Part shown: positions 28,730 through 39,489 of the stretch, piece by piece | Position numbering within the stretch: position 1 is the first letter of the stretch | Layout of the letters: every line of letters starts with the position of its first letter | Assembly: GCA_044222185.1 (NCBI GenBank) | Contig: JBGANV010000002.1 | Coordinates: 160,001-224,000, forward strand | Source: Planctomycetota bacterium | GTDB lineage: Bacteria > Planctomycetota > GCA-002687715 > CAIWVZ01 | Length of the DNA: 64,000 bases | Reading direction: 5' to 3' | Translations under genes and position numbers: made by a program | The notes under the pieces: generated by a model | Databases searched by the model: none | Seen by the model: the letters and a program-made list of their open reading frames with translations, nothing else | What the model was told of the DNA's origin: nothing

Positions 28730-30244
28730 TCACCAGCTGCGGTCGATCAGACGAAGCGGCGCGGAGGCCACGTGCTCCGTGAGCAGCAGATGCGCGCAAG
28801 CGCCTTCGATGATGCCCGGCAACGCATCGGGGAACCCGAGCTCCTTCGCCGCATCCGTCGTCGTCGCCGCGAGCGCCACGTCGAACGGCAGCGCTTCCTC
28901 CGCGAAGAACGGCGCCTCTCCGGGGTGGTCGGGACGACTTCGATTCACGGTGATGTGCAGGTTGAGGAACGGGTCCGGCTCCTCGACGGGTGCATCGGTA
29001 CCCAGGACGATCGGTACGCCGCGACGATGAAGGCTCGCGCAGCGGAAGCTCCGATGCGCTCGCGGGCCGAGACCGGCGTGCGCGATCTCAACGTCCGAGT
29101 GGAGGTGGACGGGCTGCATCGACGCGACGGCGCCCGTCTGCGCGAGACGGTCCAGATCCTCGTCCGCGATCGTCTGCGCGTGTTCGACGCGCGGTCGGAT
29201 CGAAGCGGGGAACGGCCCGATCGCGAGCAACGTGTCGATGAGCATGCGCACGGCGGCATCGCCGATGGCGTGGACCATGGGCCGCAGACCATGCTCGCGG
29301 CAGAGCGTCAACTCTTCCTGGATTCGCTTGCGGTCGTAGAGCATGGTGCCGCGGGACTGGGGTCGATCGCAGTAGCACTCGAGCATGGCGGCCGTGCGTG
29401 AGCCGAGCGCGCCGTCGAGGAAGAACTTCACTCCTCCGAGCTTCAGGCGTTCGCTTCCTTCGCCGCTCCGACGAGCCGCGTGGATCGCGCGGTGGAGGTC
29501 GCGCGCGGGGATCGCCGTCGCGACGAACATGCGCAGTCGACCTTCCTCTTCGAGGCCGCGCCAGCCTTCCTCGGTGTCCGGGTCCATGTCTTGCGCGACG
29601 ACGATCCCGCGGCGCAGGAAATCGTCCTGCGCCAGCGACAGGTCATCCTTCCATTGCTCGAACGTTCGCTTGGGCAGGACGCGCTGCACGAGCTGCACGG
29701 CATTCTCGAACAGGAGGCCCGTGGGTTCGCCGCGGTCGTCCTTGGCGATGATGCCGCCCGCGGGCGCCGTGGTCGCGCGATCGACGTGAGCGAGGGTCAG
29801 GGCCCGCGAGTTCAGCCAGCACGCGTGTTCGTCGTGGGACGCGAGGTAGACCGGATGGTCCTTCGTCGCTTCGTCCAGGCGGCGCGCGTGCGGCGCGTCG
29901 TCTTTCGCGAAGAGGTTGAGGTCGTAGCCGCGGCCGATGATCCAGCGGCCGGCCTCCGTCCGCGCCGCCACGGCGCGCACCCGGGCGATCACCTCGTCCG
30001 TCGAACGGCAACCCCGCAGTTGAGCCGCCCCGAGGAAGTTGGCCCACAAGCCGAGGTGCACGTGCGCATCGGCGAAAGCTGGAATCACCAGGTGCTCCGC
30101 CGCCGCGGACGGGCGCTCGACGGCGCGGATCGCGCGGATCACCCCGTCGCGGACGTCGACCTGCCAGGTGCCGCTTCGACCGGCGATGCGCACCGGTCCC
30201 CAGGAGAACGTTCGCAGCTGAGTCGAAGGTGGGTTCATGGACAT
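28730..30244 (-). CDS. Amidohydrolase family 3 (YtcJ-like)
   Basis: PAFADAHVH; GVKFFLDGALGSRTA; HAIGDAA; RVEHAQ; GTDAPVE. Confidence 0.9.
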   Translation of the reverse strand: MSMNPPSTQLRTFSWGPVRIAGRSGTWQVDVRDGVIRAIRAVERPSAAAEHLVIPAFADAHVHLGLWANFLGAAQLRGCRSTDEVIARVRAVAARTEAGRWIIGRGYDLNLFAKDDAPHARRLDEATKDHPVYLASHDEHACWLNSRALTLAHVDRATTAPAGGIIAKDDRGEPTGLLFENAVQLVQRVLPKRTFEQWKDDLSLAQDDFLRRGIVVAQDMDPDTEEGWRGLEEEGRLRMFVATAIPARDLHRAIHAARRSGEGSERLKLGGVKFFLDGALGSRTAAMLECYCDRPQSRGTMLYDRKRIQEELTLCREHGLRPMVHAIGDAAVRMLIDTLLAIGPFPASIRPRVEHAQTIADEDLDRLAQTGAVASMQPVHLHSDVEIAHAGLGPRAHRSFRCASLHRRGVPIVLGTDAPVEEPDPFLNLHITVNRSRPDHPGEAPFFAEEALPFDVALAATTTDAAKELGFPDALPGIIEGACAHLLLTEHVASAPLRLIDRSW

Positions 30245-30486
30245 GGATCGCGCGCTTGGGTGAGGGACTCGTCTGAGCACCTGGGGAAACGACGACAGGG
30301 ACAGCGTTTACGTCATCGCGCGCGGAGGCGTCAAGCGCCGTTGCACACCCGCCGGGCGCCGCCCGGGAATCCGGGCGCAACGGGGATCATCCAATCTCGT
30401 GCGACGTTCGCGCTCCCAGATCCGTCCGTGGATCGGAGCGCGCGGGAGTCCTCACCCGTATGCTCTCGTCGTTCAGAGGTGTCGGC

Positions 30487-31065
30487 ATGTCGGCACTGGT
30501 TCGCAGCACCCCCATCTGGAGACGCACGCTGGCCTGGAGCGTCGACTACTTCGTCGTCGCGCTCTACATGGCCGCGCTGTTCTTCTGCTTCTTCCTCCTC
30601 GACCCGCGGAACGTGGATCGCGATGGCCTCTTCGCCTCGGCGGAGCGGGCGCAGATCTCGTCGTTCCTGCTGCTCACGCTGCCCGTGGTGCTCTATGCGG
30701 CGATCACCGAGTCGTCCGCGCAACGGGGAACGCTCGGCAAGCAGGTCACGGGACTCGTCGTCGAGACCGCCGCGGGCGCGCGGCTGACGCTCGCGCGGAG
30801 CCTTCTTCGATCGACGCTCAAATTCGCGCCGTGGGAGCTTGCGCACACGTTCATCCACCGCGCCAGCCGCGTGCATTGGGAGATGGACTGGGTGCCGGCG
30901 TGGGCCAAGGCTTGCCTTTGGATCTCGCTTGGCCTCACGGCGATCTACATCACGGGCACCATGACCGGTTCGCGTCGGCCGCTCTACGACCTCATCGCCG
31001 GGACGCAGGTGAGTTTGCGCATGCCGACGGCGCCCTCGCGGCCGCGGTTGCAGTCGGCGGTGTGA
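30487..31065 (+). CDS. RDD family membrane protein
   Basis: WRRTLAWSVDY; GTLGKQVTGLVV; RRPLYDLIAGTQV. Confidence 0.85.
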   Translation: MSALVRSTPIWRRTLAWSVDYFVVALYMAALFFCFFLLDPRNVDRDGLFASAERAQISSFLLLTLPVVLYAAITESSAQRGTLGKQVTGLVVETAAGARLTLARSLLRSTLKFAPWELAHTFIHRASRVHWEMDWVPAWAKACLWISLGLTAIYITGTMTGSRRPLYDLIAGTQVSLRMPTAPSRPRLQSAV

Positions 31066-31124
31066 TTCGCGGGGAAGGTCGAGAACCGCCTCGAACGAAC
31101 GGCTCTCGGCGCGGTCGTTCGCGA

Positions 31125-31598
31125 GGAGCGCCAGTCTTCCGCCGCCTCGGCGGAGACTGGCTGGATCCCCGCGCGTCCTCGCGCGGGCCAACTGGCGTTG
31201 ATCGCGGTTCGGTGCGAGATCACCAACGTCGGCATGATCTTCGAACGCGACGCGGCGTTTCCACATCGGCCGGACCGGACGCCTCGGCTGCGCCTCGGTC
31301 GTCCGGCGATCCCGCCACTCGCGCCGCCGCGTTCGCGGCGGGTCGAGTGGCGCTCCGTCGTCTTCGATAGGACGAACGGGGCGAGAACTGCGCACTCGAA
31401 GGGCGGAGGAGCGCCGCGTCTACCGCCGTCTCGGCGGAGACCGGCAGGATCGCCGCGCGTCTCGCGCAGGCCAGCCGGCGTCGATCGCGGGGCGGTGGGA
31501 GATCACCAACGGCCGCATGATCTTCGAATGGCCCCCAGCACGCCCGACATCGGCCGGACCGGACGCCTCGGCTGCGCCTCGGTCGAGTGGCGCTCCGT
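31125..31598. repeat. Non-coding tandem repeat, 283-bp period, about 1.7 copies, with double-hairpin core
   Basis: Cores at 31125-31197 and 31408-31480; identical 39-mer at 31263-31301 and 31547-31585. Confidence 0.85.
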
Positions 31599-31630
31599 GG
31601 CTCATTTCGAGGGCGATCCGCCCCCGGCGG

Positions 31631-33076
31631 TCATCCGCTGCAGCACTTCTTGAACTTCTTCCCGCTGCCGCAGGGGCACGGATCGTTGCGACCGACTTTG
31701 ACGTCGCGCACGAACGGCGTCCGCTCGGCGGCCTCGGGCGGCTCGGAATCCTCCGGCTCATCGTCGAGCGGCCCCTCCGGCAGCCCCAAACTCGGCTCGA
31801 ACGGCGACGCGCGTCTCGGGCCGTCGTCATCCCCATCCTCGTCGAGATCGCCCTCGTCCCATTCGTCCAGAGGCTCCTCCGCGAAGCAGGGCCAGGAAGC
31901 CACCTCGGCCTCGAGGTCGTCGATCAGATCCAAGGACTCCGGCTCGAAGGAAACCCCGAAGTCGCCGACGTCGTCGGGCGACCTGTGCTGGGTTCGCCCG
32001 TCCTCGACGGCGCGCTTCATGGCATCGCGGTGCTCGGCCAACCCGAGATCGGAGATCAGGTTCACGACCTCCGTCCATGGGCACGGACCGTCCTCGCCCA
32101 ACACGGGAAGCAGTGTTCCGATGAAGCGGGAGAAGTCGGCTCGTTCGATCTTGCCCTGATGGGCGAGAACTCCGAGAGCGCGAACCGCAACCGTGCGCAC
32201 GCAACTGACGATCGGGCCGTCCGTGGCCAGAGCGACCCGCTTCAGGGGCTCGGGATCGCCGTCGAACATGGAGGCGAGGGCGGCAGGCACCATGCGATGG
32301 AGCCCATCACCGTGAAACAAGAATTCGACCTGGCTGCCAGCTCGCACGAGTGCGTTGAGAGTCGGAACGAGCCCGCGCGGCTCGCGGAAGTACCCCAAGA
32401 GCAGGATCGCGAACGCGTGACCGTAGTGGCCGGGATCCAGCGCGATGCGCAGCGGGTCTGCGGCCAGGCTCTCCAGACTCGCGAGCAACAGGGGGACGAA
32501 CTCGTCCTTCATCTGAGAGGCGCGAACGAACGCTTCGAGCGGATAGGACAGCCCCGGCTGAGCGAGCTCCGACCAGACGAACTTCACACCTGCGGCATCG
32601 AGCGGCGCATCGTCGTCGAGCTCGTCCTCGACATCGAGGGATGCATCGTCTTCCAAGGCACCATCGTCGTCCGTTGCGAGCACCCCCTCCACGGCGTCGT
32701 CGGCCACCGGGAGGACGGAGCTCATCTCGACGAGTTCATCACCCGGCGGTCCGGACACTTGGATCCACGTGACGAGGCGGAAATCGTCCCCCCACCGCTC
32801 GCGCTTGCGCTCGAAGAACTCTTCGACGGCGTCCGGCGTCGCAAGAATCCCGCGGTCGCATTCGGACTCCGCAAGGGCGTCGAGCAGGAGATCACCATCG
32901 CCGTCCTCCACCGACTCCAGGTCGACTCGAACGACGGCGTTCCAAAGACGCGCCGCGAACGTGAGAATTCGCAGCAATTCGTCCGCGCTGGCGCCGTGCT
33001 TCGGCAGCATGGGCTTGGCGAAGAGCATCAGAGTCTTGGAGAGCTTCGGCTTCGATTCTCGGGGAGTCCTGGCCAT
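31631..33076 (-). CDS. Acidic SEC-C motif protein (DUF1186-like)
   Basis: C-terminal [20 protein letters not shown]; central [11 protein letters not shown] segment. Confidence 0.8.
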   Translation of the reverse strand: MARTPRESKPKLSKTLMLFAKPMLPKHGASADELLRILTFAARLWNAVVRVDLESVEDGDGDLLLDALAESECDRGILATPDAVEEFFERKRERWGDDFRLVTWIQVSGPPGDELVEMSSVLPVADDAVEGVLATDDDGALEDDASLDVEDELDDDAPLDAAGVKFVWSELAQPGLSYPLEAFVRASQMKDEFVPLLLASLESLAADPLRIALDPGHYGHAFAILLLGYFREPRGLVPTLNALVRAGSQVEFLFHGDGLHRMVPAALASMFDGDPEPLKRVALATDGPIVSCVRTVAVRALGVLAHQGKIERADFSRFIGTLLPVLGEDGPCPWTEVVNLISDLGLAEHRDAMKRAVEDGRTQHRSPDDVGDFGVSFEPESLDLIDDLEAEVASWPCFAEEPLDEWDEGDLDEDGDDDGPRRASPFEPSLGLPEGPLDDEPEDSEPPEAAERTPFVRDVKVGRNDPCPCGSGKKFKKCCSG

Positions 33077-33109
33077 GACCTTCGCCTCTGACGGTGATTC
33101 GACCTCGTG

Positions 33110-34444
33110 TCACTTCCGCGGCAAGAGATCCATCACGGCCGCCGACATCGCGCGCACACCCGTCGTGAGCGACGGTGCGGGATCGGGCGCATAACGCGAG
33201 GAGTGCACCGACGGCAGCGGCGCGGCTCCGGGCAGCTTCGACGCGGCGACCTTCTCCGGCGGCACCGTGCCGAGGCGGAACATGCACGCCTTCGTCTCCT
33301 TCCGGACGAGGCCGTAGCGGGCGAAGTCTTCGGCGCCCATCTCCGGTGCGCGTTCGACGACGGCCGCGGCTCCAAGCTCCCGTTCGAGTGAGGCAGCGAC
33401 TTTCGCGGTCAACCCCGGCTCGTTGATCATCGCGGGCGTGTGCTCCGATTCGTCGGCCGTGACGACGGGCAGACGATCTTCCGGCATGCCGGCCGCGCGG
33501 GCCTCCCCCTCCGCGATGCGGCGAATCGCGGCGAGGATCTTCTCGCGCACGGACTCGGCGTAGCAGCGCACGGTGACCTGCAACTTCACCTCGTCCGGGA
33601 TGATGTTGTGCTTCGTTCCGCCGTGGATCGAACCGACGGTGACGACGGCGGGATCGAGGGGTCGCATCTCTCGACTGACGATCGTCTGGAACGCGAGCAC
33701 GGTCTGGCACGCGAGCACGACCGGATCCTTCGTGTTGTGCGGGTAGGCCCCGTGTCCACCGACGCCGCGGATCAACACGTCGACGGCATCCACGCTCGCG
33801 AGCGCCGGGCCGGCGGTCCAGCCCACCTTGCCGGCCTCGAGTTGTGCATCGACGTGCAACGCCAGCGCGTAATCCGGCGTGGGCCAGCGCTCGAACAGTC
33901 CGTCCTTCAGCATGGCGCGGGCGCCGGCCGAGCGCTCCTCCGCCGGCTGCGCGATCATCACGACCGTGCCACGCCACTGGTCCTTCAGCGCTTCGAGCAC
34001 GCGCGCCGTCCCCACCCACACGCTCATGTGCATGTCGTGTCCGCACGCGTGCATCACACCGCACTCCTGGCCTGCCGCGTTGTGACCTCGCACCTTGCTC
34101 GCATAGTCGAGGCCTGTGGCTTCCTCGATCGGAAGCGCGTCCATGTCCGTTCGCACGAGCACGGTCGGGCCCTCCCCGTTCTTCATCACGGCGACGACGC
34201 CGTGGCCGCCGACGCCGCTCGTCACCTCGAAGTGGCGGGCCTTCATCTCCTCCGCCATGCGGATCGACGTCTTCGCCTCTTCGTTGCTCAGTTCGGGGTT
34301 GGCGTGCAGGTGCTTGTACAGCTCGAGGAGCGACGGCAGCTCGCGCTCGATGACTCCGCCGATCCCCGCGCGGGGCGGAGTCGCGGAATCCTGGGCGGAG
34401 AGGGACGCGCAGATGGCGAACGCGACGACGACGATCCGGCGCAT
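33110..34444 (-). CDS. Exported M20D amidohydrolase
   Basis: Signal peptide; HANPELS; RTDMDALP; MHACGHDMH; QPAEE; GAEDF. Confidence 0.92.
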   Translation of the reverse strand: MRRIVVVAFAICASLSAQDSATPPRAGIGGVIERELPSLLELYKHLHANPELSNEEAKTSIRMAEEMKARHFEVTSGVGGHGVVAVMKNGEGPTVLVRTDMDALPIEEATGLDYASKVRGHNAAGQECGVMHACGHDMHMSVWVGTARVLEALKDQWRGTVVMIAQPAEERSAGARAMLKDGLFERWPTPDYALALHVDAQLEAGKVGWTAGPALASVDAVDVLIRGVGGHGAYPHNTKDPVVLACQTVLAFQTIVSREMRPLDPAVVTVGSIHGGTKHNIIPDEVKLQVTVRCYAESVREKILAAIRRIAEGEARAAGMPEDRLPVVTADESEHTPAMINEPGLTAKVAASLERELGAAAVVERAPEMGAEDFARYGLVRKETKACMFRLGTVPPEKVAASKLPGAAPLPSVHSSRYAPDPAPSLTTGVRAMSAAVMDLLPRK

Positions 34445-34524
34445 GATGGCGGCTCCAATGAACGGTTGGGAGCGCCCATCGTACGCGCGCCAGCCCTCGT
34501 TGCGGGAGGCGCGTCCGCCGATCG

Positions 34525-35505
34525 TCACTCCGGTTTGTTCTGCACGAACACCGTCCCGAAGCGACCCTTGATGCAGAGGTTGCCCTGCGTCACTCCCGAG
34601 TCGGCGGGCGACGTCACCTTCACGATGCGATCGTCCTGCACGTGGAGCTCGAGCGCGCAGCCGACGCCGCAATAGGGGCAAACGGTTTCGGTCACCGACT
34701 GCCGCGCGGGATCCCAACGGCCATCGCGACGCAGGTCGAACTCCGCCTTCCCCTGGAGCGCGCCCGTGGGGCACACGGCCACGCAGTTGCCGCAATAGAC
34801 GCAGGCCGACTCTGGAAGCGGCAGCGCCCACTCCGTCGAGATGCGCGCGTCGAACCCGCGCCCCGCTACCGCGATGGCGAAGGTGTTCTGGGCGTCGGTG
34901 CCGCAGGCCTCGACGCATTTGAAGCACAGGACGCACTTGGAGTAGTCGCGCACGTAGAGGTCGTTGTCGACCTTCACGGGCTGGGCGACGGTCTCGGCGG
35001 CCATTCCATCGGGCGCGTGATGATGTCCGGCGCAGCGCCCATCGCGCGCACCGGCGGGCGAAGGCGCCGCGGGCGGACCGAACCGCGACGGATCGGCCCC
35101 GTAGCGGGCGACGAGCGGCGCGAGCGCCGGCGCTTGCGAGAGATCCACGGACGATCCCAGCAACTCGAGTACGAGCCGTCGGCTCGTCCGCACGCGCTCC
35201 GAGTCGGTGAGGATCTTCATCCCCGCCTCGACCTTGCGCGAGCACGACGGCACGAGCGTCCGGCTGCCCGCCAGCTCGACGACGCAGATGCGACACACGT
35301 TCACCGGCGTCAGGTTCTCGGCGAAGCAGAGCGTGGGCGTGTCGATCCCGAGCGCGCGACAACCGTCGAGGATCGTCGAACCCTCGGGAACGGCCACGTC
35401 CTTGCCGTCGATCGTCACGGTGATGGCAGCGCGCTTCGGGGCCTCGGGCGCCGTGGGCGGATGCGATGGCGGCGGCGCGGGCTCGAACCAGATGGGATGA
35501 CTCAT
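34525..35505 (-). CDS. Formate dehydrogenase Fe-S subunit (2Fe-2S, two 4Fe-4S, C-terminal molybdopterin-oxidoreductase Fe4S4 domain)
   Basis: PTLC..CRICVVE..PSC; CVLCFKCVEAC; CVYCGNCVAVCP; TVCPYCGVGC..LCIKGRFG; ATGA overlap. Confidence 0.88.
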   Translation of the reverse strand: MSHPIWFEPAPPPSHPPTAPEAPKRAAITVTIDGKDVAVPEGSTILDGCRALGIDTPTLCFAENLTPVNVCRICVVELAGSRTLVPSCSRKVEAGMKILTDSERVRTSRRLVLELLGSSVDLSQAPALAPLVARYGADPSRFGPPAAPSPAGARDGRCAGHHHAPDGMAAETVAQPVKVDNDLYVRDYSKCVLCFKCVEACGTDAQNTFAIAVAGRGFDARISTEWALPLPESACVYCGNCVAVCPTGALQGKAEFDLRRDGRWDPARQSVTETVCPYCGVGCALELHVQDDRIVKVTSPADSGVTQGNLCIKGRFGTVFVQNKPE

Positions 35506-37337
35506 CGCGCGGCTCCCTTCGCCAGCAACGCCAGTCCGGACTCGACTGCAACCGACGCCGTGTGACCGAGACCGCAGATGGATGCGTCCTTCATGACTTT
35601 CGACAGATCGGCGAGGAGCGCGCGATCGCTGATCTTGGGCGCGGGCGCGGCGCCCGGCGCAAGCCGCGCGAGCGCCTCCTCCTGCCGCACGGTGCCGACG
35701 CGGCACGGCACGCACTGTCCGCAGGATTCATCGCGGAAGAACTGCGCCACGCGGCGGATCAACGTCAGGAGATCGGCGCGGTCGTCGATCACCATCACGG
35801 CGCCCGAGCCCAGTGATGCGCCAAGCGGTCGCAGGCTCTCGGCCGTCAGCGGAACGTCGAGGATCTCGGCGCCAACGAACGTTCCCGCGGCACCGCCGAG
35901 CAGCACCGCCTGGAGCGTCCGTCCATCGGAGATTCCGCCCGCGAGGTCGATGAGCGTTCGCAGCGTCGTCCCCATCTCCATTTCGTAGAGGCCCGGGCGC
36001 GCCACGTTGCCGGAGACGCAGAAGAGCTTCGTCCCCGTGGAGGTCTTCGTGCCGTGGGCGGCGAACGCGGCGCCACCCTCCACGAGGATCAGGGGGACGT
36101 TCGCGAGCGTCTCCACGTTGTTGACGACGGTGGGCTTGCCGAACAACCCCACGTCCGTCGGGTACGGCGGTTTGCTGCGCGGCTCACCGCGCTTGCCCTC
36201 GATCGAGTTGAACAGCGCCGTCTCCTCGCCGCAGATGTAGGCGCCCGCTCCGCGGCGGATCTCCACGTCGAACGCGATCCCGCTGCCCAGGACGTTCGTC
36301 CCGAGCCAGCCGGCGGCGCGCGCCGCGGCGATGGCGGCGTTCAGCCGCGACAGCGCCAGCGGGTACTCACCACGAATGTAGAGCCAGCCCTTCTCGCAGC
36401 CGGTCGCGATTGCCGCGATCGCCATGCCTTCGAGAACGGCGAAGGGATCCCACTCCATGAGGACGCGGTCTTTGAACGTGCCCGTCTCCGACTCATCCGC
36501 GTTGCAGACGAGGTGGTGCGGCCGCGCAGGCGCCGCGGCGACCGCCGCCCACTTGCGGCCCGTGGGGAACGCCGCGCCACCGCGGCCGGCGAGTCCCGAG
36601 GCCGTCACTTCCCCGATCACCGCCTGCGGGCCGATGGCGAGCGCGCGACGAAGTCCCGCCAGGCCGCCGGCCTCGACCCACGCCGCGTGATCGGTGGGAT
36701 TCACGACGCCGACACGACGCAACAGTCGAAGCTCCTTCGCGCCAGCCTGAGGAACGGAGGCCTTCACGGCCGCGAGCCCGGGCGCCGCGGGCATGCGTCC
36801 GGCGACGGCCGCCGCAATCTGATCGGCGTTCGCTGCGCCGAGCGTCGCCGCCGAGCAAGGAGTCCCCGCGCGGATCACCAACGCGGCCGGTGCCATCTCG
36901 CAATGCCCGAGGCACGGCGAGCGATGCCACGCGGCGGTCGCGCCCGCTCGCGGATGACCGTCCTCGCCGAAGTGTTTCGTCATCTGCGCGCAGACGTCCT
37001 CGGCGCCGCGCAGGCGGCAGACGACGTCATCGCAGACGTGCGCGGTGACCGGCGGCGCGGGCGACGTCGCGAGCAACGTGTAGAACGTCGCCACGCCGTA
37101 GGCTTCGGCGGGCGGCACGGTCAGCCGCCTGCAGGCGTATTCCATCGCGCCCTGGGAGATCCAGCCGATGCGGTCCTGGATCGCGTGCAGCACGGGCAGC
37201 AACCGGTGACGCTGCGCGCGCGCATCGTGACCCGAGGACTCGCTGCGCGCGTGCTCGATCGTCTCGCGACCGAGCACCGAGTCGACCGCGGCGCGCTCCT
37301 CCCCCGTCGGTTCCGCTCCAGTGAGATGAAGATCCAA
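35502..37337 (-). CDS. NuoE/NuoF-like fused NAD(H)-binding (diaphorase) subunit
   Basis: CDDVVC..CLGHC; GRGGAAFPTG; CNADESE; GAYICGEETAL; ESCGQCVPCRVG..CGLG. Confidence 0.9.
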   Translation of the reverse strand: MDLHLTGAEPTGEERAAVDSVLGRETIEHARSESSGHDARAQRHRLLPVLHAIQDRIGWISQGAMEYACRRLTVPPAEAYGVATFYTLLATSPAPPVTAHVCDDVVCRLRGAEDVCAQMTKHFGEDGHPRAGATAAWHRSPCLGHCEMAPAALVIRAGTPCSAATLGAANADQIAAAVAGRMPAAPGLAAVKASVPQAGAKELRLLRRVGVVNPTDHAAWVEAGGLAGLRRALAIGPQAVIGEVTASGLAGRGGAAFPTGRKWAAVAAAPARPHHLVCNADESETGTFKDRVLMEWDPFAVLEGMAIAAIATGCEKGWLYIRGEYPLALSRLNAAIAAARAAGWLGTNVLGSGIAFDVEIRRGAGAYICGEETALFNSIEGKRGEPRSKPPYPTDVGLFGKPTVVNNVETLANVPLILVEGGAAFAAHGTKTSTGTKLFCVSGNVARPGLYEMEMGTTLRTLIDLAGGISDGRTLQAVLLGGAAGTFVGAEILDVPLTAESLRPLGASLGSGAVMVIDDRADLLTLIRRVAQFFRDESCGQCVPCRVGTVRQEEALARLAPGAAPAPKISDRALLADLSKVMKDASICGLGHTASVAVESGLALLAKGAAR

Positions 37338-39257
37338 TCAGCGCTCCAGCTTCTCGATGCACACGGCGGCAGCTTTGAATTCAGCGGTGCCCGACTTGGG
37401 ACACGTCGCGTCGATCGTCAGCAGATTCGTCGCCACTTCGTCGGGGAAATGCGGCGTCATGAACGTCAGTCCGGGTCGCAGGGACGCGTCGATGCGCACG
37501 GGCGCGGCGACGCTGCCGCGACGCGAACGAACGCGCACCATCTCGCCGTCGACGACGCCGAGCCTCGCCGCGTCCTCGGCGCACAAATCGACGGTTTCGC
37601 CGCGACGCAGCGGCGATGCGTAGCCAGCGGTCTGCACGCCCGTGTTGTAGTCGTCGAGGCGACGCCCCGTCGTGAGGCGGAACGGGAACTCGGCGTCGAC
37701 GGCCTCGACGGGCACGTGATGCACGACGACGGTGAACGGCGCGCGCGGTCCGCGGACCGGGGTCTCCCACAGGCGGCTGTGCAGGAACAACTCGCCGGGG
37801 TGATCCTCGCTGAAGCACGGCCATTGGAGACCGCGCTCGGATTCGAGCCGCTGATAGCTCATGCCGGCGTGCACCGGGCTCACGGCGCGCAGCTCGTTCC
37901 AGATGCGCTCGGCGTCCGGCGGACCGAAGTCGCGACCGAGTCGACGCGCCAGCTCATGCAGGATCCAGATGTCGTCCTTCGCTTCGCCGGGCGGCGGCAG
38001 CGCGCGGCGCACGCGCTGCACGCGGCGTTCGCTGTTCGTCACCGTGCCGTCGGTCTCGCACCAGCCGGCGGCGGCGGGCAGGACGACGTCGGCCATCTCC
38101 GCCGTCTTCGTGAGGAACATGTCCTGCACGACGAGGTGATCGAGGGATTCGAGGAGATGGCCCGCGTGGGTCTGGTCCGCTTCCGACTGGGCGGGGTTCT
38201 CGCCGATGACGAAGAGCGCGCGCAGCTCGCCGCGCTTCATGGCCTCGAACATGCCCGTGAGGTGCCAGCCGCGCTGCGGCGGGATCTTCGCGCCCCACTT
38301 CGCTTCGAACTTCTCGCGAAGCGGAGCGTTCTCGACGTGTTGGAAACCGGGAAGTCGGTCGGGCAACGCGCCCATGTCGCCGCCGCCCTGGACGTTGTTC
38401 TGGCCGCGCAGCGGATTGAGGCCCGAGCCGTAGCGACCCACGTGTCCGGTCAACAGCGCGAGGTTGATGAGCGAGAGGACGTTGTCGACGGCGTTGTGGT
38501 GCTCGGTGATGCCGAGCGTCCAGCAGATCATGGCGCGGGGCGCCTTCGCGAATGCGTGAGCCGCTTCGCGGATCGCGGCCGCGGGCACGCCCGTCTCCGC
38601 TTCGGCCCATTCCAGCGTGCATGATTCGACCGATGCGTACCACGCGTCGAATCCGTCGGTCGCGCGGGCGATGAACTCGCGGTTCGCCAGGCCCGCCGCC
38701 ACGATCTCACGGCCCATGGCGTTGGCCATGGCGATGTCCGAGCCGACGTTCAGGCCGAGCCAGCGGTCGGCCCACTGCGCCGACGACGTGCGACGCGGAT
38801 CGAATGCGAACATCCGCGCGCCGTTGTGGATCCCCTTCAGCAGATGGTGGAAGAAGATGGGGTGTGTCTCTCGGGCGTTGGATCCCCACAAGAGGATCAC
38901 GTCCGTCTCCTCGATCTCGCGATAGCTCGACGTGCCGCCACCTGCACCAAAGACTGTCGCCAGACCGGCGACGCTCGGTGCGTGTCAAGTTCGATTGCAG
39001 CTGTCGATGTTGTTGGACCCGAACGCGAGGCGCACGAGCTTCTGCGCCGTGTAGTTCATCTCGTTCGTGCCCTTGGAGCACGAGAAGATGCCCGTGGCGC
39101 GTCCACCGCCCTGCGCGATCGCCTTCTTGAATCCCGCCGCGGCGCGGTCCAGGGCCTCATCCCACGTCGCCTTGCGCAGCGGCGCCGAGCGGCCGTCGCG
39201 AACGAGTGGATGAAGGAGTCGGACGTACGGCCTCTGAGTCCGTTTTGATCCAGTCAT
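37338..39257 (-). CDS. Selenocysteine-containing formate dehydrogenase catalytic subunit (639 aa)
   Basis: ORFs 38985..39464 and 37338..38900 are one frame separated by a single TGA (38985-38987) in NIDSCNRT-U-HAPSVAGL; PLRGQNNVQG; LTTGRR. Confidence 0.9.
38956..38972 (-). promoter_or_regulatory. Bacterial SECIS hairpin
   Basis: GUCGCC-GGUCU-GGCGAC starting 12 nt after the UGA; loop and spacing resemble the E. coli fdhF SECIS. Confidence 0.82.
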
Positions 39258-39489
39258 GGCAGCGCCCACGCTCGACGAAACGCGGCGAAAAGTCAACCCT
39301 GAGGGGGTGGGGCTCCACGCGATCTGGGCGCAGTCGTGCTGCGCAATTCGGATCGGCGCACGGTCGAACGAACGTTCTGCTGCCGACGGCGTGTCCGCCC
39401 GCCAGCTCCGCCGGCGAAAAACCGCGAGACTCCTTCGGCCTCCCAGTATCCTGTCGCCCACCAAACCGCGTTCGCCGGGAAGGAACTGG

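Noticed and set aside
31125-31598. CRISPR array (also 48965-49319)
   Set aside because: Only two units per locus, the intervening sequences are homologous and about 210 bp long, and there are no cas genes
37338-39257. FDH pseudogene or two separate genes
   Set aside because: The stop lies at the catalytic Cys/Sec position and is followed by a SECIS
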